DNA from: an uncultured virus (IMG/VR IMGVR_UViG_3300011862_000003) | Taxonomy: Duplodnaviria > Heunggongvirae > Uroviricota > Caudoviricetes | IMG/VR virus record: IMGVR_UViG_3300011862_000003 | DNA length: 20,000 nt | Reading direction: 5' to 3' (one strand) | Shown here: piece after piece, positions 1-8,064 of the stretch | Layout: the number at the start of each line of letters is the position of its first letter | Numbering within the stretch: the first letter of the stretch is position 1 | Translations under genes and position numbers: made by a program | The notes under the pieces: generated by a model | Databases searched by the model: none | What the model saw: only the letters and a program-made list of their open reading frames with translations | What the model was told of the DNA's origin: nothing

Positions 1-1
1 G

Positions 2-3000
2 CAAGGTGAAATTAATTCTCCTAATATGATGTTTCTTAATTTTACAAAAAATATTGGAGCTAGTGTAGATCTAGATGCTATGAAGGCTGACCCTATTACA
101 ATTATCGGGGCACGTACAAGAGGAGAACTTATCGGGAAATGGGGTCAAAGTTGGGCAAGATACTCTTTAGAAATGGGTATGAAGTCTTTAGATAACCCTT
201 TAGCAGGTTTTGAAGAAATGCTTAAAGGTGTTGGGGTAGATCAAACATCTTTCTTTGATAGTAAGTTTTGGAGTACAGCTAAGAAATTTACAAATATTCA
301 ATTAGGTACTAATGGCAACTATGATTTGTCGATAAGAGATTCTTTAAGACGTTCAGCTAAAAATGTAGCCGTTAAATCTACAGCAGTAGCTCTAGGTTAT
401 GAAGTTACTGATTCTGTTTTAAGATCAGTATCTGGACCTGATGGATTATTCTCTGAAGGTATATATACAGGTCTTACTAATCTATATGCTGGAACTAGAA
501 TTAAATTTGCAGAAGTCTGGTCAGATAGGTTTCAAGGTTATAAAGAATCTCAGGAACAAGCAGCACAAGGTTCAACAAATTTAATGACTCTAATGGCATT
601 ACCTTTAGGTGGAGCACTATTTGGAGCACAAATGAGCTACTTTGGAAGAATGGGTAAAACTCTTACAAGCAATACTGATGAAGCTGCTAAAATATATAAT
701 GTATCTAAACCATCAGAATTATTATCCAAAGTAGGTATTGATAGTAAACTTAAACCTATGAAGAGAAATGCTTTCATAGGGGCTCTAGCAGGCGCTGCAG
801 TAGCTCTTCCATTCTTGCCTGGGGCTTTGGTAGGGACAAGCTCAGAAGAGCTCAGATCGCTTTACAGTGGCGAGAAAGAGGTAGCTCAAAAAGCTAACAG
901 ATGGTGGATGTTTGGTGGTAGTTCTTGGGAAGGAACTCATACTCAATATTTTTCAAAACATAAGGTAGCAAGAGTTAATGCTGATGCAGTAGATAAAGTT
1001 AGATATGGGGATGATGATACTAAAAAGAAATTAAATCCACTATTACACCCTCTATCATATATTAAAGATCCGTACCGCTATGAAAAGATGCATGCTGAAG
1101 ACATGCCTTATCCAGTATGGGGTATGGATGTAGGGTATGGTTCAATATATGGTAAATTATATGAAAGAACTATTGGACAGATTATTAAACCAGACCTTGT
1201 TAATCCAGCAGTCAGAGATTTAGCTGAATCAGTGTCGGATGCTTCTACTCTTAAAATGGGTATTTTAAAAGCTACTAAAAACTTTATATTAGGTAATAAA
1301 GAACAAACTGGAAATTCTTTTGCAGTCCCAGTAGGATTAGATTCTAAAGATAAAGGCTTAATTTCTGATGGTGTTATGGCAGCACCACCTTCAGCTAGAT
1401 TTAATCCTAACCAAGAAGGCTTAGGATTAACTTATCAAGCAGGTGTTGATTTAATTGGTTTAAAAGGTTGGACACTATCTATGCCACTTGCAGCTATAGG
1501 TATAGAGCCAAGAAACGCTCCACTACAATTAGCAAGATCAGGAGAAGCCACATCAGCAGCGAGGGATCTATTAGATGAGAACGTAGGGGATATGTTTGGA
1601 TTTGGTGAATTTCAACGTAAGATCTTAGGAACATCTTCAGGATCTCTACCTGAAAGATTAAACCCATTAGTGAATGATATGGTGCATTGGTTACCAAGTT
1701 CTGATAATCAATATTACATAAACTTTAAAAAGGGTAACCCCTATGATCATATTAAGAATGGTGAGGAACGTCTTCCTGGTGTAGGATTAGCCGCTCTTAA
1801 CCCTGAACTACAAGGAGTAGAACCAGAAGATTATTCTTTAGTATATAAATATAAGGTGTTATCAGATGTAGCTAAAGGCTCACGTGAGCATATTAGAGCT
1901 AGACAACAAGCATTATCCGCTTATACTGCTGGAGACTTATCTAAGAGAGAAGTAGAAATTGTTAAACAAACAATGGAACAAGAAGTAGAACGAGATAACA
2001 GAAAAGACTTTTATAAACCATCTACAGAACGAGATAGATTTGGTTTTGGTCCTGTTGGTTATATACAAAGTTCAGTGTGGGATTTTGTAGCCAGAAATGG
2101 TGAATCTCCTACAGAGATGTTAACTCCTATTAGACCTATGGCTAAATTTATGCATAAGCGTACTGCTATCGAAGACTATGTTGCTACTCAATTAGGAGGT
2201 AGTGATGCAGGTATTTGGACTAACCCTTATTCACACTTTATAAAACCAGCAGCTAATAAAACTAGGTTAGTTGTAGATAGATCTTTTAAAGGTGAAGAGG
2301 TTGTAGAGAAAGAAAATATTGATGAATACTTTGATAAGCTAGATCATCTACGTAATAGACGTAATGGTACAGGAATGCAAGATTTTAATTCCACTGTATC
2401 ATCATCACTTTCAGGATTAAATACAAAAGAAAAAGTATTAAAATTTAAGAAATCTTTATCAGATAGTGAAAGAGATTATTTTGAATCTTTCTCTAAAGAA
2501 ACTGATAAGAAAAAACGTGAAATGATCAGATCTATTCTCCCTGGAAATGTAGCTAGAGGTTATGAACAAATTTGGAGAAACGTTGATATAGCAGAAGAGA
2601 CTAGAGCTAAAGGAGGTAGTGTACAAAAGGCACTAGCTGAAGACTTACATAAACAAACTCTAAAACTACAAGATGTTTTTGCAGTTGCTTTATCTAAAGA
2701 AGAGTTGGAATCTGTCAAACACTCTGTCTATAATAATAGAGACAGCTATGCTAACATGGGTTTTTCAAGAAGTGATCGTATTAAATATTCAGCCGATGAA
2801 GCTATTCGTTTAAAAATGGCAGATATGGAAGCAGCAACTCATCTTAGAAATAGTACTGGAGTACCCAGTAGTAAATTCATGGGATGGGACCCTAGATTAA
2901 AAACAGATGATATTAAAATCAGAACATTATCAGTTGGTAATGAAGATTTACGTAGATTTGGTTTCTGGCAAAAAGATGAAGATAGGATGAATCGTATACC

Positions 3001-3181
3001 AGCTTTAAAAAGTGAAGATGAGGTTATTCAGTCTATTGATAGAATCAAAGCAAGCATGAGAGCAAACACTATAATGAAAAGGCAGATAGAAATGACAATG
3101 TTTAATAATGGCTTTAAAGCTTCTCGAATAGATGTTGTTGATGCCAATTATGGTAATTTAAGAATACAAGAGGAAAAGTAA
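2..3181 (+). CDS. Large virion-associated protein, 5'-partial (candidate ejection or tape-measure-like protein)
   Basis: The ORF track gives 26..3181 (1051 aa), but the frame is open to the window edge (caa ggt gaa att aat tct cct aat atg), so the true start is probably upstream. Hydrophobic Gly/Ala-rich segments are LMTLMALPLGGALFGA (581-628) and AFIGALAGAAVALPFLPGALVG (770-835). The C-terminal half is helical and charged. Function is inferred from context. Confidence 0.6.
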   Translation, partial: QGEINSPNMMFLNFTKNIGASVDLDAMKADPITIIGARTRGELIGKWGQSWARYSLEMGMKSLDNPLAGFEEMLKGVGVDQTSFFDSKFWSTAKKFTNIQLGTNGNYDLSIRDSLRRSAKNVAVKSTAVALGYEVTDSVLRSVSGPDGLFSEGIYTGLTNLYAGTRIKFAEVWSDRFQGYKESQEQAAQGSTNLMTLMALPLGGALFGAQMSYFGRMGKTLTSNTDEAAKIYNVSKPSELLSKVGIDSKLKPMKRNAFIGALAGAAVALPFLPGALVGTSSEELRSLYSGEKEVAQKANRWWMFGGSSWEGTHTQYFSKHKVARVNADAVDKVRYGDDDTKKKLNPLLHPLSYIKDPYRYEKMHAEDMPYPVWGMDVGYGSIYGKLYERTIGQIIKPDLVNPAVRDLAESVSDASTLKMGILKATKNFILGNKEQTGNSFAVPVGLDSKDKGLISDGVMAAPPSARFNPNQEGLGLTYQAGVDLIGLKGWTLSMPLAAIGIEPRNAPLQLARSGEATSAARDLLDENVGDMFGFGEFQRKILGTSSGSLPERLNPLVNDMVHWLPSSDNQYYINFKKGNPYDHIKNGEERLPGVGLAALNPELQGVEPEDYSLVYKYKVLSDVAKGSREHIRARQQALSAYTAGDLSKREVEIVKQTMEQEVERDNRKDFYKPSTERDRFGFGPVGYIQSSVWDFVARNGESPTEMLTPIRPMAKFMHKRTAIEDYVATQLGGSDAGIWTNPYSHFIKPAANKTRLVVDRSFKGEEVVEKENIDEYFDKLDHLRNRRNGTGMQDFNSTVSSSLSGLNTKEKVLKFKKSLSDSERDYFESFSKETDKKKREMIRSILPGNVARGYEQIWRNVDIAEETRAKGGSVQKALAEDLHKQTLKLQDVFAVALSKEELESVKHSVYNNRDSYANMGFSRSDRIKYSADEAIRLKMADMEAATHLRNSTGVPSSKFMGWDPRLKTDDIKIRTLSVGNEDLRRFGFWQKDEDRMNRIPALKSEDEVIQSIDRIKASMRANTIMKRQIEMTMFNNGFKASRIDVVDANYGNLRIQEEK
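3170..3174 (+). promoter_or_regulatory. Shine-Dalgarno for the 3185 ORF
   Basis: GAGGA about 10 nt upstream of ATG 3185, inside the end of the previous gene. Confidence 0.6.
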
Positions 3182-3184
3182 TAA

Positions 3185-6100
3185 ATGGCAATAAATCCTA
3201 GAATGGCATCTGTAGTAACAGGTGCTGCTTTAGGGGCATATACTAGTGATATCACTGATAACCCTTTAACAGGTCTTATGAGTACAGGTATTGGTGCAGG
3301 AGTAGGTTCTTTACTTATTCTACCTAAAAGAGATATTAAAGATATGTCCCAAGTATCATTTGGAGCTAAGTTAGATAATGATGCAATATTAACTAGAGCT
3401 AGATCAGGAGTTAGTACTCAAGTTCAAACAGCTCAGACTAAGTATCAAAATAAAATTGACGAAATATTCAGTTTATATAATAAAGTTGCTGGTGGGGTTA
3501 ATGTTACTGATGAAGAAAAAACACTATTAAGTGGATATAAGACAAACCTTAACAATATTAAAAGTATTGTTAAAGATAATATTATGAACTTTCCTACGGA
3601 TTTTGATACTAATCCTCAAATGTTTATTGATGCTCTTAAACGATTAAATGATGATAAATTAGTTAAGCAAATTACTCCTTTACTGAGTGCTGATGAGTTC
3701 CATCTATCTAATCTACATGCTGTTTCTGGAAACATACCTATGGTTGGTATGTTTGAAAGAAGTATTAAAGATACTTCTAATTCAGAGAAAATTAGAGAAC
3801 TTGCAAAAGTATTTCAACAACAAATGGGTAATTCATTAGAAGAAGCTACTGAAAAAGCTCAAATGATAGTAGAAAGATCTATAGGTGCTATTAAAGTTAA
3901 AAATGGATCAGTACTCATTTCAGACAGAGCTGACAAAGGGAGAGCTATTGAAATACCTATTACACATTATGATAAAAATGGAATCAGATATCATAATGCA
4001 GGAGATGGTAAAGCAACTTCAGTTAAAGGATTTACACCTTATGCTAAGATGCTTGTAGATGAATCAGGTGTAAAAATAAATGGTCAATTAAAGACTGTAA
4101 CTGCAAATGAAGTCTTAAGAGGTATGGCTCCAGAGATGATGTTACAGTTCTTAGATAAAGACATGCCTATATCTTCTTTAATGAAAGATATTAAAAGTCA
4201 CTTTGCATACGATCCTAATGAAGTTAGTCATGAATTCATCGGTGGTGCTAACTTTGAAGCTAAATCTCCAACTTTTATTAATAATTCATTAACTGTAAAA
4301 ACAGATAAAATATTAAATGTAGATGACTCTTTAAATATTAATAGTAAACGCCCATTCAGAAGAATGGAACAAATGGCAACGAAAAGTAATAATGCAGCCG
4401 AAGCTAATAAAGTAAGAACAGACTTATACCGTTACATACCAAATGCGAGATCATTGACTTTAGGTATATCAGGTAATTCCGCTACAGATATTAACTCAGC
4501 AGGATTAGGTACTATTAGTCTATTCCCACCACAAGAAAGAAATATTAGTAGTAGTGTATTGAGACAAACAGTTCCAGAAGCTCCTACTAGAGGGGCTCAA
4601 GCTATACAACAAGTCTTTGGACCTAAAGGATCTAATATTCTTTATAGTAGCGCACAAGTACTTGGAAAATTAGATATTGCTGACGAAGAAGCATTTAATA
4701 AATTATCTGTTGCTTTATTAGGTGATAATTCAAAAGTATTAGGGGATGGTTTTGGTTTGTATAATAGAGGGCACAGTGAACTATTCGCTAATAAATCTAT
4801 GAAAGATATTAAGATACCTCTTAGTACGAATACTATTATTAAAGATAAAGTCTTATTTGAAGCTTTAGAAAGCGGTGATATAAATAGTTATATTCAAACT
4901 AATGGTCCTATCCAAGTAGGGAATGGTGTTTTAGGTTACACTCCTGATGGAAAACCTATTGAGATAGGTAGACAACATGGTTCAGGAAGAATTGTTAATG
5001 CTTTCCTTCAACAAGAGAAAAACAACTTAGTCTTAAGGGCGGAGACAGTTTTTAATCCTAATTCTGAAAATCTTGTTAAATTATTTTCAACAGGATCTAA
5101 AGCATTAGCTTCTGGTGTAAAAAAGAGTGACTTTGAATTACTAACTGCTTTAGGTTCATTAATGAATCAAGAACAAATAGACTTCAAAAATGATCAAATA
5201 CACTTAGGGAAAAGAGCTTCTAATCAATTAAAATCATTCTTTAATAAGAAAACTTCTATGTCTTTAGATGAAGTTAGGAAAGTTGCAGAGAATGATCCAA
5301 GATTTATGCAAAGTTTTGGAAATAAAGATGTATCTATAATTACAAGTGCTAAGCGTACAGGTATGAAAGATCTTCAAACTTTATTAGATGGTAAAGGAAA
5401 TATTGCAGAACTATTACAAAAATCTGGTGCTCAAAAATTAATAGATGCGGGTAAAGATAAACGTTCTGCTACAATTGCTGGATTTTTAACTTTAGAAACT
5501 AAAGCTTCAGAAGATATTACAAGTCATGTAACAAGTAATTTATTAGCACCACTACAGAAAGTAAAAGAAGGCGTAGCAGGTAAAGCAGACCTCGCAAGAA
5601 TTAATACATATCTACAAAATGGTCTAATACCACAAGCTATTACAAATGCATCTGATCAGGCTCTTATTGATGATGCGATAAATAGAGTATCTTCTGCTTT
5701 CCGTACTGTTATGATATCTGATGGATTTGTAGGTACAAATAGAGATATAGCAATGGATAATCTCTATAAGTTTGTTGAGATGTCAGGGGTATCTGCAGAT
5801 TTATCTAGAGGTTTCTCAACAACTATAGGTTCTACTAACAAAGGCTCTTCTATTGTAGGTGCTGGAAATAATGCAAGAGTATCATGGAATGCTTATACTA
5901 ATATGCGTTTGTCAGGTTTCAGTAAGACTCAATTAGGTTGGTTAGGTGAAATTAATCAAGATCTCTTATATGAAATGCAAGGAGTTTTAGATGAAGTTAA
6001 ACATAAAGGATATAGAACATCTATTAACGACCTTATATCAGGATCTGAAAGTGTTGCTGAATCTCTATTAGCAGATTCTCTACCAGAGGAACGTTTAACT

Positions 6101-8050
6101 AAGTTTGAAAACACATTCTCAGGCTTTGATACAAAAAATAATCCATATTTAACTTATGATCTTAAATATGATAAATCTGAAATTAAGTCCTTAAACTTCA
6201 GTTTAATCAGTACAAATCGTAATGGTAAATACGAGGTAAACGATAAACAAGTTATTAAAGAACTAGATAAACATCGTTTGAATATTATGTCTCTTGATAT
6301 TCAATTACAAAAAGCAATTAATCCTAATACTAAGAAAATGGTAGAAGAAGAATTACAAGATGCATTAAAAACTTATGAAACATATGCTAGAAGTATGTTC
6401 AGCGGTGATAATAATATACTTAAAAATGCTTTAAGTTTGTATACAGATGCTTCTTCTATTACTGTGGCACAACCTATTGGTGGGGTTGCTAAAGACTTAA
6501 TCGAATCAATCGAAAGAAATTCAGATGGATCTTATAAAGCTATTGCTAATAAAGGTTTTATGTCTACAGAAGGAATAGAGCATTTAGCTAGTGCTATGGG
6601 TGTTAATAAATCAGATATTGTTTATCAATCTGTAATTGAAAAAGGTTTTGAAAATTCTTCATTAAAACGTGCTGGTTATATGGAAGGTAGACAATTTATT
6701 CCATTTAGTATTATGTCTACTCGTGAACCTGCACAGGGTATTTTATCTAGTCAATTTATGGAAGTTCTGATGGATCCTTCGATTAAAGGTGGTAAGTATT
6801 CATTACATGTAGCACAAGGTCAGTATGGTTTCTCAGTAGGTATGAATGGTGACTTTGACCAAGATACTTTACAAGTTATTACTAAAAAATTTAATAGTTA
6901 TGAACATGGGGAATTATCTAGGGTTTCAAATAATATACGAGAAGCACATAAACCGTATCTAAATGTAGAAGGTGATATGTCACCTAAGAATCAAAATAAA
7001 AGTATTAAAGCTTTATCAGAATTTGATTCAGTAGCTGATTTTGATTCTTATCAGATGTTAGCTAGTACTAAAGGTAAAATTAGAAAAACATTCTCTCCAA
7101 TGGCTACAACTATGGCAATGAATTATATGTCTGCATTAGAACTAGAATATGGAGATGATGTTGATAAGAAAACTTTAGGACGTATTGGTACATATAGATC
7201 TATTGAAAACTTGATTAAATCTTCACATATTGATACAGAAAGTTTTAAAGGAGCTACTCAACCAATTGAGGAATTACACTTAGCTAGAGAAACTTTCTTA
7301 AATAAAGGTGGAGATGTAAAATCGTATAAAACAGCTATGCAACAATATCTTCCTGATGTTCTAGGTATGGATCATACTCAAAAGAGTCTTGCAGCTGAAG
7401 AAGCTAAGCGATTAGAATTGAATAAAACTATTAACCAAGCTGTTGATATCATTATTCAAGCTGAATTAAACCATGCTAAGACTATAAATAGAAAAGCTAC
7501 TTCACCTGTTAGTATAGATAAAATTGGTAGTCTTTCTAACTTATCTAGTTCTACAGAAGAAGCATTGGCTCATCTTGATATGTTTGATATTAATCGTCAA
7601 GTAGATATGAAGCGAAGTTCACGTCAGTTGTATCAAGGGGTAAATGATGCTATAGTTGAAACTATAAAGAGTAATAAATCACTACTTGCAGTAGGTGCTG
7701 CAGCATTAGTAGGTATCAATTTAATGGGACGATCTGAGCCAAGTTTTTCAGACTCGAGGGCAAATATGCGTCAACATAGTACGCAAATGCTTCAAGCTCC
7801 TAGAAACTTAGATGATATTGAAACAGGTATTGAAACCAATCCTACACGATCTGCATATATTCAACCTAAATCTTATACCAATTCTAAATCTGTTAATGTT
7901 CAAGGACAGTTTATAGAAGATGGTTATAATAATTATAATCAATTCACATCAATGCTCGATCCATCTCTAGATAGCCAAACAATGAATTTAAACTCAGCCA
8001 TATTTGGAGGAGGTCTACGTTCAGCTAGATTAGATATAACAGACTTATAA
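3185..8050 (+). CDS. Putative single-chain two-barrel (double-psi beta-barrel) DNA-dependent RNA polymerase, probably virion-packaged
   Basis: Motifs occur in the order expected for fused beta and beta' cores: D521-G-F-G (4745); flap-like SGRIVNAFL; K632-LFSTGS-K639 (5078-5101; cf. beta K-MAGRHGN-K); DVSIITSAKR (cf. DIVLNPLGVPSR); DASSITVAQP; R1180-E-P (6722; cf. beta' NRAP); N-G-D1223-F-D-Q-D1227 (6845-6865; cf. NADFDGD); ENLIK1345SSH1348 (cf. trigger loop QLTMRTFH). Confidence 0.8.
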   Translation: MAINPRMASVVTGAALGAYTSDITDNPLTGLMSTGIGAGVGSLLILPKRDIKDMSQVSFGAKLDNDAILTRARSGVSTQVQTAQTKYQNKIDEIFSLYNKVAGGVNVTDEEKTLLSGYKTNLNNIKSIVKDNIMNFPTDFDTNPQMFIDALKRLNDDKLVKQITPLLSADEFHLSNLHAVSGNIPMVGMFERSIKDTSNSEKIRELAKVFQQQMGNSLEEATEKAQMIVERSIGAIKVKNGSVLISDRADKGRAIEIPITHYDKNGIRYHNAGDGKATSVKGFTPYAKMLVDESGVKINGQLKTVTANEVLRGMAPEMMLQFLDKDMPISSLMKDIKSHFAYDPNEVSHEFIGGANFEAKSPTFINNSLTVKTDKILNVDDSLNINSKRPFRRMEQMATKSNNAAEANKVRTDLYRYIPNARSLTLGISGNSATDINSAGLGTISLFPPQERNISSSVLRQTVPEAPTRGAQAIQQVFGPKGSNILYSSAQVLGKLDIADEEAFNKLSVALLGDNSKVLGDGFGLYNRGHSELFANKSMKDIKIPLSTNTIIKDKVLFEALESGDINSYIQTNGPIQVGNGVLGYTPDGKPIEIGRQHGSGRIVNAFLQQEKNNLVLRAETVFNPNSENLVKLFSTGSKALASGVKKSDFELLTALGSLMNQEQIDFKNDQIHLGKRASNQLKSFFNKKTSMSLDEVRKVAENDPRFMQSFGNKDVSIITSAKRTGMKDLQTLLDGKGNIAELLQKSGAQKLIDAGKDKRSATIAGFLTLETKASEDITSHVTSNLLAPLQKVKEGVAGKADLARINTYLQNGLIPQAITNASDQALIDDAINRVSSAFRTVMISDGFVGTNRDIAMDNLYKFVEMSGVSADLSRGFSTTIGSTNKGSSIVGAGNNARVSWNAYTNMRLSGFSKTQLGWLGEINQDLLYEMQGVLDEVKHKGYRTSINDLISGSESVAESLLADSLPEERLTKFENTFSGFDTKNNPYLTYDLKYDKSEIKSLNFSLISTNRNGKYEVNDKQVIKELDKHRLNIMSLDIQLQKAINPNTKKMVEEELQDALKTYETYARSMFSGDNNILKNALSLYTDASSITVAQPIGGVAKDLIESIERNSDGSYKAIANKGFMSTEGIEHLASAMGVNKSDIVYQSVIEKGFENSSLKRAGYMEGRQFIPFSIMSTREPAQGILSSQFMEVLMDPSIKGGKYSLHVAQGQYGFSVGMNGDFDQDTLQVITKKFNSYEHGELSRVSNNIREAHKPYLNVEGDMSPKNQNKSIKALSEFDSVADFDSYQMLASTKGKIRKTFSPMATTMAMNYMSALELEYGDDVDKKTLGRIGTYRSIENLIKSSHIDTESFKGATQPIEELHLARETFLNKGGDVKSYKTAMQQYLPDVLGMDHTQKSLAAEEAKRLELNKTINQAVDIIIQAELNHAKTINRKATSPVSIDKIGSLSNLSSSTEEALAHLDMFDINRQVDMKRSSRQLYQGVNDAIVETIKSNKSLLAVGAAALVGINLMGRSEPSFSDSRANMRQHSTQMLQAPRNLDDIETGIETNPTRSAYIQPKSYTNSKSVNVQGQFIEDGYNNYNQFTSMLDPSLDSQTMNLNSAIFGGGLRSARLDITDL

Positions 8051-8053
8051 CAT

Positions 8054-8058
8054 GAGGT
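8054..8058 (+). promoter_or_regulatory. Shine-Dalgarno for the 8065 ORF
   Basis: GAGGT 6 nt upstream of ATG 8065 in the 14-nt intergenic gap. Confidence 0.7.
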
Positions 8059-8064
8059 AAATAA

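Noticed and set aside
1844..7490. T4-late-promoter-like TATAAATA at about 1844, 4879 and 7483
   Set aside because: All lie inside coding regions, and a few copies are expected by chance in 20 kb of about 69% AT DNA.
3185..8050. Calling the RNAP-like ORF rpoB/rpoC
   Set aside because: It is a single highly divergent chain with DFDQD, with no recognisable beta' zinc-finger cysteines (the protein has no Cys) or other cellular conserved blocks, so it is not a host rpoBC gene.
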